NCBI GenBank assembly: GCA_965218295.1
Contig: CBDCKN010000009.1
Location: 64,001 to 128,000 of the forward strand
DNA from: Longimicrobiales bacterium
Lineage (GTDB): Bacteria > Gemmatimonadota > Gemmatimonadetes > Longimicrobiales > Gaopeijiaceae
Direction of reading: 5' to 3'
DNA: 64,000 bases
Numbering within the stretch: position 1 is the stretch's first letter; each line of letters opens with the position of its first letter. Position numbers and translations under genes: made by a program. Positions 41,823 through 51,498 of the stretch are shown one piece after another. The notes under the pieces are model-generated. The model was not told the origin of the DNA and did no database searches. It saw only the letters and a program-made list of their open reading frames with translations.

Positions 41823-42836
41823 ATGAGCGATCTCGACACGGCCACACGGCGTAAGCGCGTACTCAGCGGCATTCAGCCCACGGGCGAGGTACACCTGGGC
41901 AACTACCTGGGGGCTCTCCGGCAGTGGGTCCACATGCAGGAGGAGTACGAGTGCTTCTACACCATCGTGGACCAGCACGCCATCCTCGGCGACGGGGACC
42001 CCGCGGACCTACCCGCCCGAACGATCGACGCGGCCATCAGCCTGCTGGCCGTGGGCCTCGACCCCGAGAGGTGCACGATCTTCGTCCAGTCCGACGTCCC
42101 GGAGCACCTGGAGCTCCAGTGGCTTTTCAACACGGTGGCTCCCGTGGGCGACCTGGAGCGGATGACGCAGTACAAGGACAAATCGGCCAGACACGAGTCC
42201 ATCCCGGTAGGGTTGCTCAACTATCCCGTCCTTCAGGCGGCCGACATCCTCATCTACCGGGCGGACGCGGTACCCGTGGGAGAGGATCAGCGACAGCATC
42301 TGGAGCTGACCCGCGACATCGCCCGGAAGTGGAATGCCCGCTACGGCGAGTACTTTCCAGAGCCCGAGGCCATCATCCCCGAGGTGGGGCGGATCATCGG
42401 TCTCGACGGCGGGACCAAGATGAGCAAGTCGCTGGGGAACACAGTGGGGATCCTGGCCGATGAGGACGAGATCTGGGATCGGGTCAAGCGCGCCGTGACG
42501 GACCCCCAGCGCGTCCGGCGCGAGGATCCAGGCCGGCCCGAGGTCTGCAACGTATTCTCGCTCCACAAGCTGCTCACGGACGCGGACATGATTCCCGACA
42601 TCGACGAGCAGTGCCGGACCGCCCAGCGGGGCTGTGTGGACTGCAAGCGTATCCTGGCCGACAGCATCGTGAAGGCGTTTGCACCCATCCGGGAGAAGGC
42701 CCTTTACTACCGTGAGCACACGGACGAGGTGCGTGACGTTCTCGAGGCGGGAGCCGCCCACGCCCGATCCATCGCCAGCGAGACCTTGTCCGAAGCCCGC
42801 CACCGAATGGGCCTCGACTGGCCCTCGGCCCTATGA
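41823..42836 (+). CDS. trpS: tryptophanyl-tRNA synthetase
   Basis: SGIQPTGEVHLGNY, YPVLQAADIL, VPVGEDQ, KMSKS. Confidence 0.97.
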   Translation: MSDLDTATRRKRVLSGIQPTGEVHLGNYLGALRQWVHMQEEYECFYTIVDQHAILGDGDPADLPARTIDAAISLLAVGLDPERCTIFVQSDVPEHLELQWLFNTVAPVGDLERMTQYKDKSARHESIPVGLLNYPVLQAADILIYRADAVPVGEDQRQHLELTRDIARKWNARYGEYFPEPEAIIPEVGRIIGLDGGTKMSKSLGNTVGILADEDEIWDRVKRAVTDPQRVRREDPGRPEVCNVFSLHKLLTDADMIPDIDEQCRTAQRGCVDCKRILADSIVKAFAPIREKALYYREHTDEVRDVLEAGAAHARSIASETLSEARHRMGLDWPSAL

Positions 42837-42912
42837 GGGCACGGGGAGGCGGATTTCGCCCGTGGTGGAACGTCGGTACTTTGCGATGCACCCTATCTAA
42901 AGGAATTCGAAC

Positions 42913-44055
42913 GTGATCGCGATGAATGAGATGTTCAAGAGGGCGATCCAGGATGGAGTCAGCGACATCCACATCAAGGCCGGTGACTATGTGAGGGCCC
43001 GCCTTCACGGAGCGCTCGTCCCCCTCACCGATCAGAAGATCTCCCACTCCCAGGTCCGGGAGCTCGCCGTAAAGCTGATCCCCCACGAGAAAGACCGGGA
43101 CCGCATCGACGAGCTCATGGACTACGACTGCTCCTGGGGCCTTCCCGGGCTGGGTCGCTTCCGTGTGAACATCAGTAGGCAGCGGGGCGTCTTCTCCATC
43201 GTCATGCGGATCATCCCCATCGAGATCCCGACCTTCGCGGATCTCAGGATGCCCAAGGTTCTCGAGGAAATCTCCCAGACGGAGCGCGGGCTGGTCCTGG
43301 TGACGGGCGTCACGGGGAGCGGGAAGAGCTCCACCATGGCGGCCATGATCGGCTACATCAACCGCTACATGAAGAAGCACATCGTCACGCTGGAGAACCC
43401 CATCGAGTTCCTCCACCGGGACCTCAACTCCTCCGTCACACAGCGGGACGTGGGCTCCGATACGGAGTCCTTCCCGACCGGGCTGCGGGCCGCCCTTCGC
43501 CAAGACCCCGACGTTCTGCTCATCGGTGAGATGCGCGACAAAGAGACTATTGATACGGGGCTCCTGGCCGCCGAGACCGGTCACCTGGTCATCTCGACGG
43601 TCCACACCAAGAACGCGGTCCAGACCCTGTCCCGCCTGATCGCTGTGTTCTCGCACGATGAGCAGGACATGATCCGCGTACGTCTGGCGGACTCGATTCA
43701 GTCCGTGATCAGCCAGCGGCTGGTGCCCATGGTCGACGGCCAGGGACGGGTCGTAGCGGCAGAGGTCATGCGCGTCACGGGGACCATCCGAGACTGCATC
43801 ATGGATACCGAGCGGATCGATGAGATTCACGACCTGATCGCCGAGGGGAGGGAGCACTACGGATCCCAGACCTTCGATCAGCACCTCATGGAGCTCGTGA
43901 CCCAGGGGTTGATCACCTTCGAGGTCGGAAAGGCGGCGTCCAACAGCCCCAGCGACTTCGATCTGAAGATGAATATCCTCGGCGGGCCGGGAAGCGGCCA
44001 TGCGGGTGGGGTGCCGGGTGGTGATCCGAGCGGCGCGAGCGTGCTCGGCTCGTGA
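42913..44055 (+). CDS. PilT/PilU-family type IV pilus ATPase
   Basis: SDIH, GVTGSGKS, ENPIEF, ALRQDPD, AAETGHLV.ST.H. Confidence 0.9.
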   Translation: MIAMNEMFKRAIQDGVSDIHIKAGDYVRARLHGALVPLTDQKISHSQVRELAVKLIPHEKDRDRIDELMDYDCSWGLPGLGRFRVNISRQRGVFSIVMRIIPIEIPTFADLRMPKVLEEISQTERGLVLVTGVTGSGKSSTMAAMIGYINRYMKKHIVTLENPIEFLHRDLNSSVTQRDVGSDTESFPTGLRAALRQDPDVLLIGEMRDKETIDTGLLAAETGHLVISTVHTKNAVQTLSRLIAVFSHDEQDMIRVRLADSIQSVISQRLVPMVDGQGRVVAAEVMRVTGTIRDCIMDTERIDEIHDLIAEGREHYGSQTFDQHLMELVTQGLITFEVGKAASNSPSDFDLKMNILGGPGSGHAGGVPGGDPSGASVLGS

Positions 44056-44969
44056 GCGTGGATCTGTCCGGAGTACTCATCCCCTGCACCACCCCCTTCG
44101 ACCCCGTCACCGGCGAGGTCGATCTCGTCGGCCTCCGTGCGAACTTCAGGAGCTGGCTGGCCCACCCGATCCGGGGGATCGTGGTCGGCGGCTCCACGGG
44201 AGAGGCGCTCCTGCTCGATGAGGACGAGCGTGCCGCCGTCCTGGATGGCGCTCGGGATCTGATCTCGGACGACCGGCTGTTGGTGGCGGGCGCCGGAGCC
44301 GAGTCCACCCGCGCAACGATCCGGCGCTGCGACGTAGCCGCTGAGTCGGGCGCCGACGCGGTATTGGTCCAGCCCCCAGCGTTCTACCGCGGGGCCATGA
44401 CCGACTCCGCCCTCCTGGATCACTACCGAGCGGTGGCCAAGGCCTCTCCGATCCCGGTCATCGTCTACCAGGTGCCGCTCCGGCTGAGCACCCTCGAGCT
44501 CTCCATTAGCCTCCTGGCCGATCTGTCCAAGGTGGACAACATCATTGGAATGAAGGACTCGCGGGGCAGCCTCGAACTAGTGGGTGAGGTGGTGTCGCGT
44601 ACCCGTCACGACTTTCAGGTCGTGGTGGGGAGTGGAGCGATCTTCTATGGCGGGCTCGAGCTGGGTGCCGTGGGTGGCATCTTGGCGGTGGCCTGCTTGG
44701 CGCCGGGGCGCTCGGCGGCCATTCACCAGGCCTTCGTCGAAGGAGACTCTGCCGAGGCCGGGCGCCTCCAGGAGGTGATCGGACCGGCCCACCAGGAGAT
44801 CGTGGGCGGCATGGGTGTTCCCGGGGTGAAGGTGGCCATGGACTTCCTCGGGCTCCGGGGCGGCGATCCGCGCCCGCCTCTCCGGCCGCTGCCGGACCAT
44901 CGCAGGGACGATGTGGCCAAGGTGCTGGATCGTGCGGAGCTCACCGTAACGGCGGGCTCCTCCACGTAG
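44052..44969 (+). CDS. DHDPS/NAL-family class I aldolase (DapA paralog)
   Basis: TPF, GSTGE, YQVP, GMKDS; substrate unknown. Confidence 0.85.
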   Translation: MSVDLSGVLIPCTTPFDPVTGEVDLVGLRANFRSWLAHPIRGIVVGGSTGEALLLDEDERAAVLDGARDLISDDRLLVAGAGAESTRATIRRCDVAAESGADAVLVQPPAFYRGAMTDSALLDHYRAVAKASPIPVIVYQVPLRLSTLELSISLLADLSKVDNIIGMKDSRGSLELVGEVVSRTRHDFQVVVGSGAIFYGGLELGAVGGILAVACLAPGRSAAIHQAFVEGDSAEAGRLQEVIGPAHQEIVGGMGVPGVKVAMDFLGLRGGDPRPPLRPLPDHRRDDVAKVLDRAELTVTAGSST

Positions 44970-44981
44970 GTTACCCCCGTT

Positions 44982-47252
44982 TTGGCGTTTCCCTCATCTC
45001 GGGCTTCAGTCCTCAGATCACGAGCCTCGGCCCTCCTGACTGTGATCGTCGCGGCGGGGGTTCCCACCACCGCCTTCGCCCAGCGGCCGGGCCTGTCCGA
45101 CAGTTCCGGAGCGGATACCTCCCGCCCCAAGGTCGGTCTCGTGCTCGGCGGTGGCGGGGCGAAGGGAGGGGCCCACGTAGGCGTCCTCGAGGTTCTCGAG
45201 GAGCTCCGGATTCCCGTGGACTACATCGCGGGAACGAGCATCGGGTCGGCCATCGGGGGGCTCTATGCATCGGGCATGAGCGTCCAGGAACTGAAGGCTC
45301 TCCTGGAGTCGCTGGACTGGCAGGACCTCCTCTCCGACCGTCCGCCCAGACGCTACCAGCCGTTCCGTCTCAAGAGCACCGACCGGCGGGTCCCCTCCCG
45401 ACTCGAGGTCGGCTTCAACGGGGGGAAATTCCGACTTCCTACGGGGATCGTCACCGGCCAGAACGTGGAGCTCACGCTCCGTTCGGCAACACTTCCAGTG
45501 GCACACATTCGATCGTTCGAGGAGCTGCCCACGCCCTTCGTCGCCGTAGCCATGGATCTCGTGAGCGGCGAGATGGTGGTCCTGGACAGGGGGGATCTCT
45601 CCACGGCGATCCGTGCCAGCATGTCGCTCCCCGGGGCGTTCTCTCCGGTAGAGCTCCAGGGGCGCGTCCTCGTCGATGGCGGGCCGGTGCGCAATCTGCC
45701 GGTGGACGTGGTCCGGGCCATGGGTGCCGACGTGGTGATCGCTGTGGACCTGACGCCTCCCCTCTACCAGGCCGACGAGTTGAAGAGCGCCATCGAGGTC
45801 ACGGCCCAGACGCTCCGCATCTCCACGCTCCGGAACACCGTGCCACAAAGAGAGGCTCTGGTACTGGGACGCGACGTTCTCCTCCGCCCCGACGTCGCCG
45901 ATGTGCCGATCACGGAATTCCGCTCGCTCACCGCCACCTTCGATGCGGGGGCCGAGGTCGCCCGGGCTGCGGGCGAGGATCTCGCACAGTGGAGCTTGAG
46001 CCCCGAAGCCTACCGGGCATTCAGTGAAAGCCGCCGCCGTGAGGAGGCACGGCCCCAGACCATCGACTTCGTCCGCATCGAGGGGACCCAGCGCATGAGC
46101 TCCGCCGTGCTGCGCGCCCGGCTGGGGCTCTCCGTGGGGCAGCCGCTGACAGCCGAGACGCTCGAGCGTGCCCTCAACCGGGTCTTCGCCATGGGGCTCT
46201 ACCAGGGAGTGGACTACAGCCTCGTGCAAGAGGGCGATGCCAACGGACTGCTGGTCCAGGTGACCGAGAAGCCGTGGGGTCCGGGTCTCATGCGCTTCGG
46301 GGTGGCGTTCGGAAACGACATGGAACGGGGCCGGAGCAGCTTCACGATTCTCGCGACCCACACCCAGACCCAGCTCAACCGTCGCGGAGGAGAGCTTCTC
46401 ACGGAGATTCGTCTCGGAGACGCCCAGGGGGCCGAGGTTGAGCTCTACCAGCCCCTCGACATCGAAGGCCGTTTCTTCATCGCGCCGCGCCTCGACTACC
46501 GGGAGGAGTCCCTGGAGGTTGCCGTCCTCGGGGCCGGCGAGGTGAACCGCGGTATTCGTGAGCTCAACGCGGCGATCGCCTTCGGAGCTCAGTGGCAGGA
46601 CTGGGGCGAGTTCCGCGTCGAGCTCATCCGGGGAAAGGTGGAGCGGAGGGGCTCGGGGGCCGAGGCGACCGGGGAGGAGCTCAGCGCCGATGTGGGGGCG
46701 ATCCTGGCTCGCCTCTCGGTGGATCTCCTGGACGACGCGTCGTTCCCCAGGAGCGGGATCTGGGCTCGCATCGAGGCGTACCGCTCCGCGCGGTCACTGG
46801 GGGCCGATCCTACGTACACCCGCCTGGAAAGCGCCTTTCTGACGGCTCTCTCGAGGGGGAGCAACACGATGCTCGTGGAGTTACGGTTCGGGACTGGGTT
46901 GACGTCGAAGCTGCCCTTGCACCACGACTTCGCTCTGGGTGGCTTCCAGCAGCTCTCCGGACTCCGGCCACGGCAGGTCGTCGGCAGCAAATACGGTTTC
47001 GCCCGCGCCACCTTCCGAAGGAACGTGACCACGCTGAATACCACGCCCCAGGGCGGGGATCTACACGTGGGGTTTTCCGTGGAGGCGGGCAGCGCGTGGC
47101 CGGAAGCGGGCGGTGTGCGGCTCGACGAGCTCAAGGGTGGAGCGAGCGTCTTCGTGGGCATGGAGACGCTGTTGGGGCCCCTGTACCTGGTGTACGGGCG
47201 GGCCACTTCCGGAGGTGACACCCTCTACCTGTTCGTAGGGCGCACCTTCTGA
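44982..47252 (+). CDS. patatin-POTRA-beta-barrel protein (PlpD-like, type Vd)
   Basis: signal peptide, GGGGAKG, GTSIG, DGG, POTRA-like linker, C-terminal LFVGRTF. Confidence 0.88.
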   Translation: MAFPSSRASVLRSRASALLTVIVAAGVPTTAFAQRPGLSDSSGADTSRPKVGLVLGGGGAKGGAHVGVLEVLEELRIPVDYIAGTSIGSAIGGLYASGMSVQELKALLESLDWQDLLSDRPPRRYQPFRLKSTDRRVPSRLEVGFNGGKFRLPTGIVTGQNVELTLRSATLPVAHIRSFEELPTPFVAVAMDLVSGEMVVLDRGDLSTAIRASMSLPGAFSPVELQGRVLVDGGPVRNLPVDVVRAMGADVVIAVDLTPPLYQADELKSAIEVTAQTLRISTLRNTVPQREALVLGRDVLLRPDVADVPITEFRSLTATFDAGAEVARAAGEDLAQWSLSPEAYRAFSESRRREEARPQTIDFVRIEGTQRMSSAVLRARLGLSVGQPLTAETLERALNRVFAMGLYQGVDYSLVQEGDANGLLVQVTEKPWGPGLMRFGVAFGNDMERGRSSFTILATHTQTQLNRRGGELLTEIRLGDAQGAEVELYQPLDIEGRFFIAPRLDYREESLEVAVLGAGEVNRGIRELNAAIAFGAQWQDWGEFRVELIRGKVERRGSGAEATGEELSADVGAILARLSVDLLDDASFPRSGIWARIEAYRSARSLGADPTYTRLESAFLTALSRGSNTMLVELRFGTGLTSKLPLHHDFALGGFQQLSGLRPRQVVGSKYGFARATFRRNVTTLNTTPQGGDLHVGFSVEAGSAWPEAGGVRLDELKGGASVFVGMETLLGPLYLVYGRATSGGDTLYLFVGRTF

Positions 47253-47320
47253 TTCGTCAGAGGGGATTTCCCGATGCATCGGAGGGGACCTCCGGATCGC
47301 CGAGAGAGGGGGCCACTCGA

Positions 47321-47349
47321 TTGACTCGCTCCTCCTGGCGATCTAACTT
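47321..47349 (+). promoter_or_regulatory. putative sigma70 promoter upstream of purA
   Basis: TTGACT-N17-TAACTT. Confidence 0.55.
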
Positions 47350-47372
47350 CCACCAAAGGATCCACCGCCCAG

Positions 47373-47401
47373 AGCCCATTCCCCGACGAATGGGCTTTTT
47401 T
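47373..47401 (+). terminator. intrinsic terminator-like hairpin in the purA leader
   Basis: AGCCCATTC-cccgac-GAATGGGCT followed by a T run. Confidence 0.75.
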
Positions 47402-47479
47402 CGTGTCCAATAGGGTCCATAGGAGGTCTGTTTATGGAGTACACAGACCTCTAGACCCCTCCAAACAAAGAAGCGCACC

Positions 47480-48781
47480 GTGTCCGAAGGTGGTATCGAC
47501 GGCAAATGCTTGGTGGTGGTCGGCTGTCAGTGGGGCGACGAGGGAAAGGGCAAGATCGTAGACGTCCTGGCCGAGGACGCGCACCTGGTGGCTCGCTACC
47601 AGGGTGGTGCGAACGCCGGTCACACCGTCCACGTGGGCGACGACGAGTTCGTCCTGCATCAGATTCCGTCCGGCATCCTGCATCCGGAGAAGCGATGCCT
47701 GCTGGGGAACGGTGTGGTCCTCGACATTCTCGACTTCTTCGAAGAGTACGACGGCCTGATCGCACGGGGCATCGACCTCGACGGAAGGGTCGGGGTGAGC
47801 CAGCGCGCTCATCTCCTCATGCCGTACCACCGGGTTCTCGATCGGGTCTCGGAGGACAAGGCGAAGCAGAAGATCGGAACCACGGGCCGCGGCATCGGGC
47901 CCGCGTATGAGGAAAAGGCGGGCCGGCGGGGTCTACGGGTTGCCGACCTGGCGAACGGCGAGCGGGCCCGGGCCCGGGCGGAAGAAGGAGTCCAGCGGGC
48001 TCGAGCGCGCATCGCGGCCATGGGGGGCGGCGGCGACGAGCAGCTGGAGCAGCTTGAGTCGGACGTGGAGGCCGCCCTCGCTGCCGGCGAGCGCCTTCGC
48101 GGTCTGGCCATTGACACCGGCCTGGAGATCATGCAGGCGATTCGAGGCGGGAAGCGGGTCCTTTTGGAGGGCGCCCAAGGCACGGCCCTCGACCTTGACC
48201 ACGGGACGTACCCGTTCGTCACCTCGTCGAACACCACTGCCGGTGGGGCCGCCACCGGCTCGGGCATCGGGCCCACGGCCATCGACATGGTCATCGGAGT
48301 GGTCAAGGCCTACACGACCCGCGTGGGGAACGGACCGCTGCCCACCGCATTCGCTGAGGACATGGACGAGAAAATCCGCGCACTGGGCGATGAATTCGGG
48401 GCCACCACGGGACGGCCCCGCCGCTGCGGCTGGTTCGATGCGGTGCTGGCCCGCTTCTCGGCCAGGGTGAACGGGCTGACGGGGTTGGCCGTGACCAAGC
48501 TCGATGTGCTGGACACGTTGCCCGAGCTGTCCATCGCCACTTCCTACCGGATGCCTGACGGCGTCGTCGAGGAGTTCCCGGCCGATACCTGGCAACTCGG
48601 GAGCGTGGAGCCCGTCTACGAGACCCTTCCCGGGTGGCAGGAGTCCACCGATGGGGCCCGTGCCCTCGAAGATCTCCCGGCGGCGGCCCGCCGCTACCTG
48701 GATCGTATCGAGGAGCTCACGGGAGCGCCTGTGAAGATGGTCTCGGTGGGAACGCGTCGCAGGCAGATCATCCGGGTGTAA
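47480..48781 (+). CDS. purA: adenylosuccinate synthetase
   Basis: QWGDEGKGK, GGANAGHT, IGTTGRGIGP, EGAQG, GATTGRPRRCGW. Confidence 0.98.
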   Translation: MSEGGIDGKCLVVVGCQWGDEGKGKIVDVLAEDAHLVARYQGGANAGHTVHVGDDEFVLHQIPSGILHPEKRCLLGNGVVLDILDFFEEYDGLIARGIDLDGRVGVSQRAHLLMPYHRVLDRVSEDKAKQKIGTTGRGIGPAYEEKAGRRGLRVADLANGERARARAEEGVQRARARIAAMGGGGDEQLEQLESDVEAALAAGERLRGLAIDTGLEIMQAIRGGKRVLLEGAQGTALDLDHGTYPFVTSSNTTAGGAATGSGIGPTAIDMVIGVVKAYTTRVGNGPLPTAFAEDMDEKIRALGDEFGATTGRPRRCGWFDAVLARFSARVNGLTGLAVTKLDVLDTLPELSIATSYRMPDGVVEEFPADTWQLGSVEPVYETLPGWQESTDGARALEDLPAAARRYLDRIEELTGAPVKMVSVGTRRRQIIRV

Positions 48782-48834
48782 CGTCCCGGGCGGCCTAGCC
48801 GTCCACCGGGGCGACATCCGGTCCCGGACCCCCG

Positions 48835-48863
48835 TTGAGGGCATCCCGCGAAATTCATATCTT
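48835..48863 (+). promoter_or_regulatory. putative sigma70 promoter for ffh
   Basis: TTGAGG-N17-TATCTT in an AT-rich patch. Confidence 0.4.
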
Positions 48864-48945
48864 ATAAAGCTTTGTCGCATCCACCTCGTCCGCACAGGTC
48901 GTGACGTGAGCGGGTGGGGTCGCCAACGGGGAGGATCGGTCGCCG

Positions 48946-50244
48946 ATGTTCGATGAACTCGGCAAGAAGCTAGACAGCGCTCTCGGCAAGTTCCGGCAGC
49001 GGGGCATCCTGACCGAGCCCATGATCCGGGACGGGCTCCGCGAGGTACGGCGGGTCCTGCTCGAGGCCGACGTCAACTACAAGGTGACGCGGGAGTTCCT
49101 CCAGCGCGTGCAGGAGCGCGCCCTCGGGGAGCAGGTCGTGAAGTCCGTGTCGCCGGGGCAGCAGATCGTCAAGATCGTCCATGACGAGCTGGCGAATCTG
49201 CTGGGCGAGGGCCGGCCCACGCTTCACTGGGCTTCGTCGGTGCCCACCGTCTTCATGGTGGTGGGCCTTCAGGGGTCGGGCAAGACGACCACCGCGGCGA
49301 AGCTGGCGAAGCGTCTGGCCAAGGAGGGCCGAGCGCCGTTGTTGGCGGCCTGCGACCTGTATCGGCCCGCTGCGGTGGACCAACTGGCCACCCTGGGCGA
49401 GCAGATCGGCGTGCCGGTCCACAAGGGCGAGCCGAGAGGCGACCCGGTTCTGGTGGCGAAGGCGGCCGTCGAAGTCGCCAGACGGGACCTCAGGTCGGTC
49501 CTCATCGTCGATACGGCCGGAAGGCTGCAGATCGACGAGCCGATGATGGACGAGCTGCGCCGGTTGAAGGCGGACCTCGAGCCGCAGGAGATCCTCCTCG
49601 TGGCCGACGCCATGACCGGGCAGGAGGCGGTGAAGATCGCCGAAGGGTTCGACGAGGCGTTGGGCCTGACGGGGGTGATCCTCACCAAGATGGACGGTGA
49701 TGCCCGGGGGGGAGCGGCGCTCTCCATCCGTGGCGTGGTCGGGAAGCCCATCAAATTTGTGGGTGTGGGCGAGACGGTGGACGATCTGGAGTTGGCCGAC
49801 CCGGAGCGGTTGGCCGGGCGGATCCTTCAGATGGGCGACGTGGTGGGTCTGGTTGAAAGGGCCGAGCAGGCCATGGACAGCGAGGCCCAGGAGAAGCTCC
49901 AGGAGCAGATGCTCCGGGGCCGCTTCACGCTCGAGGACTTCTTGACCGCCATGCGGCAGGTCCAGAAGATGGGGCCTCTGGAGTCGTTGTTGAAGATGAT
50001 TCCCGGCGCCGCAAAGGCGATTCCCGCAGGGGGAGTCGATCCGAAGAGGATGAAGCACGTAGAGGCCATCATCCTCTCGATGACGCCGGATGAGCGGCGT
50101 AAGCCGGGAATCCTGGACGGGTCCCGGAGGGCGAGGATCGCCAAGGGAAGTGGGCGGCCGGTCGCGGAAGTGAACCGGCTGCTGAAGCAGTTCAAGGAGA
50201 CGCAGAAGTTCATGAAGCAGATGAAGGGCGTGATGCCCTTCTGA
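48946..50244 (+). CDS. ffh: signal recognition particle protein
   Basis: GLQGSGKTT, DTAGR, TKMDGDARGG, Met-rich M domain. Confidence 0.98.
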   Translation: MFDELGKKLDSALGKFRQRGILTEPMIRDGLREVRRVLLEADVNYKVTREFLQRVQERALGEQVVKSVSPGQQIVKIVHDELANLLGEGRPTLHWASSVPTVFMVVGLQGSGKTTTAAKLAKRLAKEGRAPLLAACDLYRPAAVDQLATLGEQIGVPVHKGEPRGDPVLVAKAAVEVARRDLRSVLIVDTAGRLQIDEPMMDELRRLKADLEPQEILLVADAMTGQEAVKIAEGFDEALGLTGVILTKMDGDARGGAALSIRGVVGKPIKFVGVGETVDDLELADPERLAGRILQMGDVVGLVERAEQAMDSEAQEKLQEQMLRGRFTLEDFLTAMRQVQKMGPLESLLKMIPGAAKAIPAGGVDPKRMKHVEAIILSMTPDERRKPGILDGSRRARIAKGSGRPVAEVNRLLKQFKETQKFMKQMKGVMPF

Positions 50245-50301
50245 TCATCGAGGGAGACGCCGGGTAAGCCGGCTACGTAAGGGACCGACTGGAAAGCGCA
50301 G

Positions 50302-51480
50302 ATGGCCGTAAAAATCCGACTTCGTCGCATGGGCCGTAAGAAGCAGGCCCATTTCCGCATCGTGGTGGCCGACTCCGCAGCTCCGCGAGATGGCCGCTTC
50401 GTCGAGACGCTTGGGTACTACAAGCCTCTGACGAGCCCGGCCCGCCTCGTGGTGGACATCGACAAGGCCGACGCGTGGATCGCCAAGGGTGCCGAGCCCA
50501 CCGACACCGTCCGAACGCTGCTGAACAAGGCCCGCAAGGGTGGTGATACTTCCGTGGCTCTCGGCGAGCTCGATCCGGAGGAGGCGAAGGCTCTGAAGAC
50601 CGCTGCCCTTGCGGAGCGCCGGAAAGCAGAGGCGAAGGCCCGCGAGGAGGCGGCGGCAGCCGAGGTGGCCCAGGAGGCCGCGACTGCGGCGGCTGCCGAG
50701 CTCGACGCCGCCGAGGCCGACGTCGAGGCTGCTGAAGACGACGCACCCGAGGCCGAAGCTGCCGAAGAGGAGGCTCCCGAGGCGGAAGCCGAGGAGGAGC
50801 CCGCCGCCGAGGAGGAGTCGGAGCCCGAGGCTGAGGCAACCGAAGAGGAAGCCCCCGAGGCGGAAGCCGAGGAGGAGCCCGCCACCGAGGAGGAGTCGGA
50901 GCCCGAGGCCGAGGCTACCGAAGAGGAAGCCCCCGAGGCGGAAGCCGAGGAAGAGCCGGTCGCCGAAGAGGAGTCGGAGCCCGAGGCTGAGGCAACCGAA
51001 GAGGAAGCCCCCGAGGCCGAAGCCGAGGAGGAGCCCGCTGCCGAAGAGGAGTCGGAGCCCGAGGCCGAGGCTGGCGAAGAGGAAGCCCCCGAGGCCGAAG
51101 CCGAGGAAGAGCCCGCCGCCGAAGAGGAGTCGGAGCCCGAGGCCGAGGCTGCCGAAGAGGAAGCCCCCGAGGCGGAAGCCGAGGAAGAGCCGGTCGCCGA
51201 AGAGGAGTCGGAGCCCGAGGTCGAGGCAACCGAAGAGGAAGCCCCCGAGGCGGAAGCCGAGGAGGAGCCCACGGCCGAAGAGGAGTCGGAGCCCGAGGCC
51301 GAGGCTGCCGAAGAGGAAGCCCCCGAGGCGGAAGCCGAGGAAGAGCCGGTCGCCGAAGAGGAGTCGGAGCCCGAGGTCGAGGCAACCGAAGAGGAAGCCC
51401 CCGAGGCGGAAGCCGAGGAGGAGCCCACGGCCGAGGCCGACACCGAGGCCGAAGAGGACGAGGAGAAGAAGTCGGAGTGA
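50302..51480 (+). CDS. rpsP: 30S ribosomal protein S16 with a long acidic repeat tail
   Basis: MAVKIRLRRMG...PRDGRFVETLGYY...GAEPTDTV; ffh-rpsP-rimM-trmD-rplS synteny. Confidence 0.96.
   Translation: MAVKIRLRRMGRKKQAHFRIVVADSAAPRDGRFVETLGYYKPLTSPARLVVDIDKADAWIAKGAEPTDTVRTLLNKARKGGDTSVALGELDPEEAKALKTAALAERRKAEAKAREEAAAAEVAQEAATAAAAELDAAEADVEAAEDDAPEAEAAEEEAPEAEAEEEPAAEEESEPEAEATEEEAPEAEAEEEPATEEESEPEAEATEEEAPEAEAEEEPVAEEESEPEAEATEEEAPEAEAEEEPAAEEESEPEAEAGEEEAPEAEAEEEPAAEEESEPEAEAAEEEAPEAEAEEEPVAEEESEPEVEATEEEAPEAEAEEEPTAEEESEPEAEAAEEEAPEAEAEEEPVAEEESEPEVEATEEEAPEAEAEEEPTAEADTEAEEDEEKKSE
50746..51435 (+). repeat. 78-bp (26-aa) tandem repeat, 8 full copies plus 1 partial
   Basis: unit PEAEAxEEEAPEAEAEEEPxAEEESE. 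Confidence 0.95.
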
Positions 51481-51498
51481 CCCTCCGAACCCACGACT

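Noticed and set aside
42913..44055. type IV pilus or secretion gene cluster
   Set aside because: A single ATPase with no pilin, PilC or secretin genes nearby.
44052..44969. second true dapA
   Set aside because: Motifs differ (GSTGE, YQVP, KDS) and the dapA-like gene with canonical motifs is in the lysine operon; left as a family-level aldolase.
50746..51435. regular repeat array considered as a CRISPR array
   Set aside because: Units are contiguous, in frame within rpsP and have no unique spacers; no cas genes in the window.
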